From positions 27,516 through 91,515 of the forward strand of contig JAJDCD010000005.1 in the NCBI GenBank assembly GCA_029261035.1: a DNA stretch of 64,000 nucleotides, written 5' to 3'. Numbering within the stretch: the first letter of the stretch is position 1; each line of letters begins with the position of its first letter. This document shows positions 1 through 10,400 of this stretch, piece by piece. The notes beneath the pieces are model-generated. The model was not told the DNA's origin. It saw only the letters and a program-made list of their open reading frames with translations, and made no database searches. The stretch comes from Candidatus Omnitrophota bacterium (GTDB taxonomy: Bacteria > Omnitrophota > Omnitrophia > Omnitrophales > JACROU01). The position numbers were made by a program, and so were the translations under genes.

Positions 1-2
1 AT

Positions 3-686
3 CTTAAAGTTGAAGAGTCTGTGGGCGATGAGATTTCTTTGGATATAGAGACGGGAAGTGTCTCTGGGAAAGTTTTATTTACAGGGACTGTACCTGAAAG
101 AATAAAGCTTCCTTATAAGGGGAATCCGGAATGTGTTGCTGTGGCTCACGGAGAAATTCTGTCTGAAACGTTATTAGTGAATGACGGAGGCCTTCAAAAT
201 GCATTTATATATATTAAAGAAGGATTGGATGAGGATTTTGAGTTTAAAGCACCATCGACTCCTGTAGATGTAAACAATGTAGGATGTATTTATGTGCCGC
301 ATGTGGTTGGAGCCCAGGTGAATCAGCCTATTCAATTAACAAATAGCGACCCTACATTTCATAATATTCATGCCTTTGCTAAGGAGCAGTCCGGGTGGAA
401 TTTAGGGCTTCCTTTTCAGGGGATGAAGCAAACGAAGAAATTTGCTAAACCTGAGGTCATGGTGAAGTTGAAGTGTGATTTGCATCCGTGGATGATTGGG
501 TATATTGGAATTGTGGAGCATCCTTTTTTTACTGTTAGTGGAGAGGATGGGAGTTTTTCTATTCCGAATATTCCTGCGGGGGATTATGTTTTTGGGGTTT
601 GGCATGAGAAGTTGGGGGAGAAAGAAATAGAGGTTTCTGTAGGAGCGAATCAGACGGCTGAATTAAATGTGAGTTATTCTGGATAG
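3..686 (+). CDS. Carboxypeptidase-regulatory-like / cupredoxin-like domain protein, probably 5'-truncated by the window edge; paralog of 61808-62524
   Basis: Motifs GCIYVPHV, NSDPTFHNIH, CDLHPWM and WHEKLG are shared with 61808-62524. The frame is open from base 3, upstream of the ORF-track GTG at 21. Confidence 0.75.
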   Translation, partial: LKVEESVGDEISLDIETGSVSGKVLFTGTVPERIKLPYKGNPECVAVAHGEILSETLLVNDGGLQNAFIYIKEGLDEDFEFKAPSTPVDVNNVGCIYVPHVVGAQVNQPIQLTNSDPTFHNIHAFAKEQSGWNLGLPFQGMKQTKKFAKPEVMVKLKCDLHPWMIGYIGIVEHPFFTVSGEDGSFSIPNIPAGDYVFGVWHEKLGEKEIEVSVGANQTAELNVSYSG

Positions 687-697
687 GGTGATTAGTC

Positions 698-774
698 GAC
701 AAAAGAACGTTTCCTCCGCTCAGACATGCTCGGCCTTTGGCCTGCGCAACTCGCTTCGGAAATGTTCTTTTGTC
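698..774 (+). other. Structured element, copy 1: 17-bp outer stem, CGCTCAGACA, inner hairpin, AACTCGC
   Basis: GACAAAAGAACGTTTCC pairs with GGAAATGTTCTTTTGTC with one G-T pair. The core is shared with 60258-60347. Confidence 0.6.
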
Positions 775-810
775 TTTTAAGTTATTTCTTTGAGGGGTGT
801 GTAAAAGAGG

Positions 811-845
811 TAAAGCATTAGGTACATTGAGTACCTAGTGCTTTA
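811..845. repeat. Inverted repeat (15-bp stem hairpin)
   Basis: TAAAGCATTAGGTAC-attga-GTACCTAGTGCTTTA. Confidence 0.6.
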
Positions 846-903
846 ATTCGTAATGTGATCGTCACATGTATGCCAATCCGTTGGTGATAAAACAATAGAA
901 ATG

Positions 904-946
904 AAAAAAGGGTGACGGTCACTTTGTTTGACTGTCACCCTTTTTT
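904..946. terminator. Bidirectional intrinsic terminator between convergent genes
   Basis: A6-GGGTGACGGTCA...TGACTGTCACCC-T6. Confidence 0.7.
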
Positions 947-982
947 ATTGGTGCTAATTAAATTGTTTTCTGAAAAGAAAGA

Positions 983-1021
983 ACAAAGACACTGGATCCC
1001 GGATCAAGTCCGGGATGACAA
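983..1021 (-). repeat. REP-like palindrome, GTCATCCC...GGGATCCAG family
   Basis: Its reverse complement matches 42352-42390 at 37 of 39 positions. Confidence 0.8.
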
Positions 1022-1083
1022 TGTTTTTTTAAAGGCAAGGGATGCTTTTCCTATCTGCTCCGCGCTAAACGCTATCCGCTAAT

Positions 1084-1707
1084 CTATACTGCGGTTTTAA
1101 CTTTTCCGCCGTAGCCGATTAGGCATTTGGCGATGACGACACCGACGACAAACATGATGGCTACCATAATCCAACTGAAAGATGGGAAGTGGCTTGCTGC
1201 TCCCATGCAGAAAAGCATTGGAATAGAAAAAATGGTATTTACTTTAGAAGCAAAAGCTGCTTTCTTTGCTAAGCCAGCCATTTCTTCTGGAGCTTCTCCG
1301 GCTTTGATCCAGTTAATAATTTTCTTTTGAGCTGGCCAGATAATGAACCAAACATTAAACCACATGATGGTTCCTAAGAGTCCACCTAAGCTGATCCAAT
1401 AGCCCCAAGTAGAATTGAAAAGTCCACCAACACCATTAAGGCCAGCATCTGTAGCGATAAAAATTTTCCATATAACATATCCGAGACCGGATAACCAAGT
1501 GACCATAGCGCCCCAACGAAACCACCATAAGGCTCTTGGCATTAGCTCTGGTACGACCTTTTTCTTTGCGTCTGCATCTAGAGTTTTAGCGAAATGAACA
1601 TTGATGAAATTAAAAAAGTAAAGAAGTCCAATCCATGTGATTCCAGCAATGTAATGAATCCAACGGAATATAAATAATGTAATCGTGTTTGAATCTAATG
1701 TTTCCAT
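1084..1707 (-). CDS. PuuD/urate oxidase N-terminal-like (DUF989-type) membrane protein
   Basis: RWIHYIAGITWIGLLYFFNF, PRALWWFRWGAM and GTIMWFNVWFIIWPAQKK family motifs; several TM helices; RBS (AGGAGG on the - strand) upstream. Confidence 0.75.
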   Translation of the reverse strand: METLDSNTITLFIFRWIHYIAGITWIGLLYFFNFINVHFAKTLDADAKKKVVPELMPRALWWFRWGAMVTWLSGLGYVIWKIFIATDAGLNGVGGLFNSTWGYWISLGGLLGTIMWFNVWFIIWPAQKKIINWIKAGEAPEEMAGLAKKAAFASKVNTIFSIPMLFCMGAASHFPSFSWIMVAIMFVVGVVIAKCLIGYGGKVKTAV

Positions 1708-1824
1708 AATTCCTCCTTGTTAAGTATCGAAAACTGACAGTATAATAGCAGAATTTCGCTGAGGACGGAAGTTAGAAAGCGAATGACAGATTTTCCCTTC
1801 TCCAACTTCTAAATGAGTGTCCAC

Positions 1825-1855
1825 AGGGGACAGTCAACTAAAGGGATAGTCCCCT
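1825..1855. repeat. GGGAC[AT]GTCCC-family palindrome in a divergent promoter region
   Basis: AGGGGACAGTC...GATAGTCCCCT; related to 18398-18437 and 48561-48607. Confidence 0.45.
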
Positions 1856-1901
1856 TGAGGGTTGTGCTAAAATAGAGGGCTTAATTGGGAGGCTTTATAT
1901 T

Positions 1902-3383
1902 ATGTGGGACAAAACACAGCTAAAAGAGACTATTCAAACGCAGATGGGTGACTATAAGCTCATTATTGCTTCAAATCGCCAGCCTTACAGTCATATTAAA
2001 AAAGGAAGTGAGATCATATGTCAGCGTCAGCCAGGAGGTTTAGTTACTGCTTTGACCCCTGTTATGGAGACTGTTAATGGGACTTGGATTGGAACAGGAA
2101 CCAGCCCTTACGATAAAGAAGTTGTAGACTCTGATAATAAAATTCAGCTTCCTCCGGATAACCCCTCCTTTTCTCTTAAGCGCATTTTTTTATCTAAGCA
2201 AGAGATGGATGGTTTTTATTACGGCTATTCCAATGAAGGTATGTGGCCGTTGTCGCATATCGCTTATGAGCGTCCTACATTTACCGCAGAGGATTGGGAA
2301 TATTATCAAAAAGTAAATAAGAGGTATGCCGAAGCTATTTTGGAAGAAGTGGGAAAAGAGAAAGCTTTTGTTTGGATACAAGATTTCCACTTGATGTTGG
2401 TGGCTAAGTATTTAAGAGAATCAGATAATCCTAACATCATCACATCTTTGTTTTGGCATATCCCATGGCCTAATCCGGAAGTGTTTGGTATTTGCCCTCA
2501 AAAAAATGAATTATTGGAAGGGTTGCTCGCGCATGATTTATTGGGGTTTCAGGTTAAATCGCATTGTGATAATTTTTTTCAGTCTGTAGAGTCTTCGTTA
2601 GAAAGTCGTATTGATAGAGAACAAAATGTGGTAACGCATACGAAGCGTGAAACTATTGTGAAGCCGTTTCCGATTTCAATTGATTTCGAACAAATATCTA
2701 AAGAAGCAGAAAGTAAAGATATTGAAGAAAGAATGGAGCAGTTAAGAGAAGAGTATAATTTAAAAGGGAAAAAAGTTATCTTCGGAATCGATCGTATTGA
2801 TTACACCAAAGGTATTCCAGATAAATTAAGAGCGATTGATCGGTTTATTGAAAAACGTCCAGAATATAGAGAGAAGTTTGTATTTATACAATTAGGTCAG
2901 GTCAGTCGTATCCAAGTGCCCCGATATAAGGCGTTAAACGATGAGATAAACTCGTTGGTTGTGGATATTAATTGGAAACACTCTCAAGGGTCTTGGGCCC
3001 CTATTGTTTTTACGAGTGAATATGTTCAATATCAAGATATTCTAGCTTTGTATCGCCTTGCAGATATTTGTATTGTGAGTTCCCTGCATGATGGAATGAA
3101 CCTTGTAGCCAAGGAGTATGTGGCAACACGGTCTGATTTAGATGGCGTATTGCTTTTATCCCAATTTACGGGAGCCGCTAGAGAGCTTAGTGATGCGATC
3201 ATTATTAACCCTTATGATCCAGAATCTTTTGCAGGTGCTATTGCTCAGGGGTTGGCGATGCTTCCGGAAGAGAAAGAAAAAAGAATGAAAAAAATGAGAG
3301 ATATTGTTGAGAATAACAATATTTATCGATGGGCAGGCCGAGTTTTGTCAAAGTTATTAAACCTTGAATTTGATGAAGAGTAA
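1902..3383 (+). CDS. otsA: Trehalose-6-phosphate synthase (GT20)
   Basis: SNRQP, GGLVTAL, WIQDFHL, FWHIPWP, DRIDYTKGI and DGMNLVAKEY motifs. Confidence 0.93.
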   Translation: MWDKTQLKETIQTQMGDYKLIIASNRQPYSHIKKGSEIICQRQPGGLVTALTPVMETVNGTWIGTGTSPYDKEVVDSDNKIQLPPDNPSFSLKRIFLSKQEMDGFYYGYSNEGMWPLSHIAYERPTFTAEDWEYYQKVNKRYAEAILEEVGKEKAFVWIQDFHLMLVAKYLRESDNPNIITSLFWHIPWPNPEVFGICPQKNELLEGLLAHDLLGFQVKSHCDNFFQSVESSLESRIDREQNVVTHTKRETIVKPFPISIDFEQISKEAESKDIEERMEQLREEYNLKGKKVIFGIDRIDYTKGIPDKLRAIDRFIEKRPEYREKFVFIQLGQVSRIQVPRYKALNDEINSLVVDINWKHSQGSWAPIVFTSEYVQYQDILALYRLADICIVSSLHDGMNLVAKEYVATRSDLDGVLLLSQFTGAARELSDAIIINPYDPESFAGAIAQGLAMLPEEKEKRMKKMRDIVENNNIYRWAGRVLSKLLNLEFDEE

Positions 3384-4179
3384 AATGAAGCATTTATTTG
3401 ATTCTTGGAGCGCTCTCAAATCAACGATCAGGAAAAAAGAAGTTATTTTATTTTTAGATTATGATGGCACTTTAACTCCTATCGTTTCCCACCCTCGACT
3501 TGCTGTTTTGAGTCCCAAAATTCGCAGTGTCATAAACAAGTTAAATAAACAATTACCTTTTGGCGTCACGATCGTAAGCGGGCGATCTTTGTCTGAAATT
3601 AAAAGAAAAGTAAATTTAAAAGAATTGTCTTACGTCGGGAATCATGGTTATGAAATGCAAACCCCATATTTGAAATATATACACCCAGAAGCTTTAAAGT
3701 TTATAGCTTCTGCCAAAAAAATTCAGAATCAATTAAAACAGGCTTTGAAAAAATATAAGGGAATTTTTGTTGAAGATAAAACAATGACTCTCAGTGTTCA
3801 TTATAGAAATGTTGCTTTGAGCGAAGTTGCTTCGTTGAAGAAAGCTTTTTTGAAGGCAATGCAACCTTATATAAAACAAAGGATGGTGCGTTTGACACAT
3901 GGAAAAAAAGTTTGGGAGATTCGTCCTCCTGTATCTTGGGGGAAGGGGAAGTCGGTTCAGTGGCTATTGACTTCTTTGGGGGTCTCAGACAATAAAAATG
4001 CTCTACCTATTTTTATAGGAGATGATAAGACAGATGAAGATGCGTTTAAAGTATTGAAGAAAAAAGGAATAGGAATTAAGATTTGTAGCGAAAAAGACCC
4101 CTCCAGTGCAGCACGATACTATTTGAAAGATACTCGTGAAGTTTTGACTTTTTTAAACCGCCTTCTTAAGAGCTTATAA
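3373..4179 (+). CDS. otsB: Trehalose-6-phosphate phosphatase (HAD)
   Basis: FLDYDGTLTPI, VSGR, GNHG, SVHYR and GDDKTDEDAF motifs; overlaps the otsA stop. Start uncertain (3364 TTG, 3373 ATG or 3385 ATG). Confidence 0.92.
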   Translation: MKSKMKHLFDSWSALKSTIRKKEVILFLDYDGTLTPIVSHPRLAVLSPKIRSVINKLNKQLPFGVTIVSGRSLSEIKRKVNLKELSYVGNHGYEMQTPYLKYIHPEALKFIASAKKIQNQLKQALKKYKGIFVEDKTMTLSVHYRNVALSEVASLKKAFLKAMQPYIKQRMVRLTHGKKVWEIRPPVSWGKGKSVQWLLTSLGVSDNKNALPIFIGDDKTDEDAFKVLKKKGIGIKICSEKDPSSAARYYLKDTREVLTFLNRLLKSL

Positions 4180-4258
4180 TAAAGAACGTTCTTCAATAGA
4201 AACTAAAGACTTAAAACATCAAAAGCTTTTAAGTATTTAACCTCTTTAAACATTTCCG

Positions 4259-4396
4259 TATCTCTATTAATAGCAATAAGTTAAATTCTTTTAATGCTCT
4301 TTTCCTCCTGCAATTCGCAATCCTCTGAACTTCGTGTTACTCTTTTATAAAGTCCAAAAATGGTATGGGGGCTCTCTGTATGACTAGCTAGGCAGC
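4259..4396 (+). promoter_or_regulatory. Upstream region of giant gene A: 25-bp IHF-like dyad, extended -10 promoter and conserved leader motif CTAGCTAGGCAGC
   Basis: TATC-N17-GTTA at 4259-4283; TCGCAA-N17-TACTCT with TGn at 4315-4343; the 13-mer at 4384-4396 is identical to 18602-18614. Confidence 0.55.
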
Positions 4397-4415
4397 AGGC
4401 TTATGGAGACGTTTA

Positions 4416-7400
4416 ATGAGATATGAAAAATACCATTCAACTCAAAAGCTCTTTTCAGTTCACTCTTTAGGTGAAAAAGTTGGAAGTAGTTTTTTAATTA
4501 TTTTCTTCTTGCTGAGCACTCTTTTTGTTTCTCCTGAATCTCTTTTAGCAGAAACAGTTACCCATCAAAAACCTTCAGTATATTCTATTTCTCAAGTAAA
4601 TCAAATTCATATTCCAAAAGAGTTTGGTATCGTTGAAGAAGTTTATCATTCATCTTCTCCAGCTAAAAACAATCCTATGATTGTTTATTTACAAGATGCT
4701 CACTGTATCTATGAGGCCCAATCAAATATTCGAAAAATAATAGACACTCTTCAAAAGAAAAATGGATTACGGCTTATTGCTTTGGAAGGCGGTGAGGGAG
4801 GATTGGACACAGACCTTTTTCGATCTTTTCCTGTTCAAGCAGTAAAAGAGAAAGTGATCGATGATTATGTTCGGAGGGGGGAATTGTCAGGAGCGGAGTA
4901 TGCAGCAATTGTAAATGAAAAGTCTTCGGATTATTGGGGCATTGAGGACATGGTTGTTTATTACGAAAATAAAAATGCTTTTCTAGAATCAATTGACGAT
5001 AAAAAACGAATCGATCTAAAATTAGATGATTTAGATCGTTGGTTAAAAAAGAAAAAAGATGAAATCTATAGTAATCCCCTTAAAGATAATTTTAAAGAGT
5101 ATGAAGCATACGAGAAAGAATATATTACATTACTCGATTACTTAAACTATTTAAAAGAGCAATGGATACAAGCGGGTAAATCGCTGACGGAATTTGCAAG
5201 TATCCAGACGTTGTTGGAAGCGATTAATCGAGAGAAGCAAATGGACTTCACTCAAGTTCAAAGTGAGGCGGTTAGGCTAGAAAAAGTTTTAGAACGACGC
5301 TATAAAAGTGAAATACGTTCTGGTTCAACGACGTCTAAAGTAAGCTTTCAAGATTTAGAAGCTCGAAGGTCCCTGTTTGGAGAAGGTAAGTCTCAAAAAG
5401 ATCAATTTTACCCTTGGATTTGGGCGCGTGTTATAGAAGAGGATTTAGTTGCAGAAGATAGCTCTAATGATAGTTACCCCCATTTTCTTTCCTATATTAA
5501 ACACTTACAGGAACTGGAAAATATAAAAGGCGAAAGTCTCTTTAATGAATTAGAGAAAATGAACCAAGGAATAAAAGATTCTTTATTTCAAAATGAAGAA
5601 CAAAGAACCTTGGATCAGCTTTTTTATAACTTAAAGATACTCCGTAATCTTTCTAAGTTAGAACTCACTCGAGAAGAGCTGGAGTATTATCATAAGAATC
5701 GTGAGAGTTTGTCAGAGAAGAGTTTTTGGGATTTTATGGGAAGAGAATTGGGTCGGTTAGAATTGGATGATTTGTTCAAATCTCATGAACGTTTTTATGA
5801 AGCGGCAATCAAAAGAGATCGTATTTTGTATCAAAACCTTATGGATTTGTTGAAAGAAAAGAAACAAGATTTTGCGATGGTGGTTACGGGAGGGTTTCAT
5901 ACGGATGGTATTAAGGAACGCCTTAAAGCCAAAGGTTTTTCTTATATGGTTGTAACACCGCGCATCACCCAATTTGACGAAGAAACTCCGTATTGGGATG
6001 TGATGCAAGGAAATGTTTCTTATGCGAAGTATAAAAAGACATTTACTTTAGCGCCAGAGTTAGCATTGCAGGTTTATAACGAAGCTATTGAAGCCGCGAT
6101 TGTGGATTCCTTTGTTAGCGCAATAGAAGCAGATTTGCCTGAAGTTTTAAATTCATGGAGAGATAATGTCTTAACACAAGATTTAGATAGAGAAGTTGCA
6201 GCACAATACACAACAACGATTGATCGTTTGATTGACAGGCTTGTTTTAGGGTTAGAACAAACTCAAATTAACCCAGAGCTTATTCAAGGTGTGTCGGAAA
6301 CTCTCCGGCTTTATTTGCAAGGTGAACGAGATGCCGTTGTCCAAAAAGTGGATCAGCTTCAAGCAAGAATTTTACAGCTCCAAACTCAAAAAGTGGTTTC
6401 AAAAGCAGCGGTCAGTGCTGAGCTGGGTTCTTCATTTCCCGAATTTGCGTTACAAGAAGGAGTTTTTCAAGCTAGTTCTTTGGGAGCAATCGTTACAATT
6501 TCTGAAGCAAATCTATCTTCTTTTAATCGACTCCTAGACTTCGTTGATGCAGAAAGCATTAGGGATTTTTTAATTAATACAATTAGTTCTGTTGATGTAG
6601 AGTCTCAATTAGAGATGCTTGAACGGCTGTTGACACGTAATTCGGGTGAAAATGTCAAAATCGGTATTCCGATGACTCTCGCTGTAGAGCAGATGGTGGC
6701 TGTATATCAATTAAAAATAGGGGATGACTTAGGGGGTAAACGAAATCGGGATTTGGTTAAAATATCAAAATTGGAAATGGCAAAGAATTTATTGAAACAA
6801 ATTAAACAAACAAAAGATAGTGGAAAACCTCTTTCTGCAGAGGGTCTTGAGTTAATGACAGGACTCTTTAATATGCTTCAACCGATGTTCGATCGAACCG
6901 GGGCAAATTTAGAGTCAATGACCAATGTTTTGATTCGTAGAGATGATAGCGGAGTAGCTCCATTTCTGTCAGATAATGAGGCTGTGTTCATTATTGATCA
7001 TATTTATCCAATCAGTTTTATCAATAAAAAGGACCCAACATATTTACTTGGGGATGCTTTAATTGCAGCGCAAAAAGCTGCGTTGATAGGACTTAAAAAC
7101 CGGTATCAGTATGAAGTGGATGTCTCTTCGAAGCGAGGTGTTGTTTTTGGGATTCAGCAAGCACTTCTAGAACAATTTCATACAGACTACTTGGCTTTAG
7201 TTCAAGAAAACTTGAACAAAACAGCAGAAACTAATTCGAAATTAAAGGTGATATTAGATCAAAACCCTTCTCTCCTTAGTGATAGAGAGCTTTTTGGAGA
7301 GGGGAAAATTCGTGCAAAATACGCTTATAAAACGGGAGCTCAGATTAATGAATTGATTCCTACGTTAGGTCTTGGAATTCAATCTCTTCAGGAGCTGGGC

Positions 7401-10400
7401 AACGATAAAGCGTCAGAAAATATAGCAAATAAAATATCTAAATTGATTGTTCCTGAGTTGGAAGATATCGTTGAAGAAGTGAAATTGAGTCAATTGAAAA
7501 GCTTAAATATCTTGAATCAGAATTTTTATAATTTGGGTCGTATTCCATCCGATGTGCGATTTAATGCTTATAATCGTCGTGGTCCCCCTCGAGTGAATGA
7601 TTTTAGTGGTTTGTGGAGTAACGCAAATCTTCCAGGTATTGATATCGTAGTAGGTGAGCTATTAGAACAGCTTAAGAAAGATAAAGTTGATGACAAAATA
7701 GAGCCACTCCTTCCAGAGATTACAGATTACCTAATTCGATTATTGGAAGAAGCACTTGCTTTTACAGAACGGAACCCCCGACATCACCTCTTATTTAATG
7801 AATTATTTTTTACATCTCAAGTTCGAGAATTGCTTCAAAGAGAATTTAATCCTAATGCGCTAGAAGAAATGCAGGTGGCATTAGGGGGTAATCGATTACC
7901 TGAAAGGTTAAATCATAAAACGTTTACGAAGGGAGATGAGCACTTTACTCTTTTTAGAGATCAATCTGGAAAAGTGAACTATTTGTTTGTGGACTTTGAT
8001 AATTTTCAAGTGCTTGATTTATTACAACGTCAGCTAAATGTGCTTCCTAATGATGATGGTACTTTTTTTGATTTGCACGCACAAGTTGATTTGGCCTTGG
8101 AAGCGTTGATCGCGAGTAAAGAAGAGATCACCTCTCAGGATTTACAAGAAATGTTAGATCGAATTTTAGATCAAGTTGAAGTGGTTCTAGATTTATCCGA
8201 CGAAGAAACTCAAAAATATCTAGAACGCCATAATATGGACCCAGAGACTTTTGAAAAGTATGGAGAAATTTATAACGACAAAGAAGGTGTTTTTGTGAGT
8301 GTACCGGTTAGAAGAGTGAGTGTGGATACTAAAACAAAATATGAGGACAAACGTCGCCTCACAGGTAAGATCGGAAATATTGGGTTTAGTTCTTCTTTAA
8401 CTTCTGAATTAAATTTATCTAGAGAAGATTCCTTAGAAACGCTTTACAATAAACTGGAATCCATCTTAGGTTCTGGAGGTGTTGCTGTCGATATGCTCAA
8501 AGGGTTGAATAGAAGAGGGGAGAATGTGGAGCTTAACTCCACAGAGTATGGGCAAATATGGGGGGATTTCTTTAAAAAAGAAGCTTTGGAGAAAGTGAAT
8601 AAAAAAAACATATTGAGAGAATTAAATTCCACAGAGTTGCAAAATATGGATGAAGAGGGAAAGGGGATTGCTGTACAGCTCATATTAAACTTAAAAGAAG
8701 AGGTTCATGAAAATCGAGTGTATGTGATTGGTGAATTGGCTGATTTAGCGCTTCAATATGGGATAGAGTTTGCAGTGGTAGAAGGTTTTGTGAAGATGAT
8801 GGATGGTTTAGAGTTAGAACAACCGGATATTATTTCAGCTCAATCGTTAGGAAATGCTCAAATTTCAGAATTATTGATTCAAGACCTGGTTCAAGGGAAT
8901 TCTCCAGAAGAAATTAGAGATTACTTAAAAACGGAAGATGTCGAAGAGCAAATTCGGGGTATTGGAAGTTTGCTTGCAGGAGCTAATATCCGATCCTTTC
9001 AACGAGAGCAGCCAGGACAGTTTCAAGAACTTTTTACGGAGCTCGATGTGGAGTCGAGGCAAAGGGTTATTAATGCAGCTGTTAAAATAGCTACGGTTAA
9101 GAAAAAGCTAGCTAATTTTCTTCAGATTCAAAATCCAAACAACTTAAATTCATTGATTCAACGTTTTAGAAATTTAAAAGTTGATGAAGATCCAGGTGTC
9201 ATTATGTTGCGTTTCTTATCCGAAGAAGGGCGTAGAGAAGAATTTAAATCTAGAATGACTCAATTGCAGTTTAGAAATGATCTGAGGGATTATGTTCGAG
9301 AAGTAGTTGCAGAATTACCCGCCAAAGTTATTCCTATTAATCGAACTCAAGCAAAGCCTCATGTGGAAAATCAGATTCCTTTTGATTTAAGAAGAGAAGA
9401 TGCTCTCCTTTTTAAGGATATGGCAGAACTGCTACGGAATCAAAATCAGACAGATACAGCGCCTATTCTCCGATTGAGAGGAAAAGTTCGTTATGCGGGA
9501 AGAAATCTTGTTGGAGCGGGAACAACGCCTACTGAAAGAGGTATTCGTGCATTGACAGAACAGTATGGGCTAGAGGCTCCTACGAGTGACATTCAAACAA
9601 CGACCGAAGAATTATTAAGAAAGATGAAGCAGCGTTATGTTCATTTACTTGGAGCTCAAGTTGCTTTGGGAATCCAAAATTCTGATGAACTTACTCAATT
9701 TTTAGAGCGTATATCTCAGCAGGAAATCCCTATACTGACAGGAATAGAAGGGTTTGATTTATTAGAGGAGTTGATTGATGATCAGAAACTTAAAGAAATT
9801 GCTCCTGGTGTCAGTCATTCCTTTTTGGTTAATCAAAGAGGAAAAAGAAGTCTGGCTGTCCTTCGTCCTAATGAAATTATGTTTTTTAAACAATTTACAT
9901 CGGTAAAGGAAAGGGTAGAAGCGCAGTTAATGGGTAAACGATTAGAGCGAGAGATTTCTCTTTCAAAACTATACCCACAAAGTGGTGTTACTGAGCGTAT
10001 TTTGGATTTAGCGCAAAAGAATAGAGAGGGAGAACGTATTTTAGGTCTGGTTAAGCATTTTAAGAGACGTTACCCATCTCAAAATGAAAGAGATCGTTGG
10101 CTCACTGCTGCTTCTGAATTAGGTGTGAACCGAGTCTATAAGCGAGAGGTTTCAAAGCGAAGTCGAGATGTGGAGCAAGCACGAAAAAGGCTCAATGAAA
10201 TAAGTTCTAAAATAGCACGAAGAAAGAATTCAATTTTTTCTCGTTTTTTTAATATTGAAGCCTTAGAAAGCCAAAGAGAGCAATTAAGAAGAACATATCA
10301 AGCAGCTTTAGAAGAAAAGTCTTCATTTAAAGAAAAGTGGAGTTTGAATCCAGAAACAGGTAAATATCAATTAGCTCCTTCATCCAATATCTCTTTTTCC

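Noticed and set aside
854-866. TGTGA-TCG-TCACA as a CRP/FNR site
   Set aside because: The spacer is 3 nt rather than 6, and it lies between convergent gene ends.
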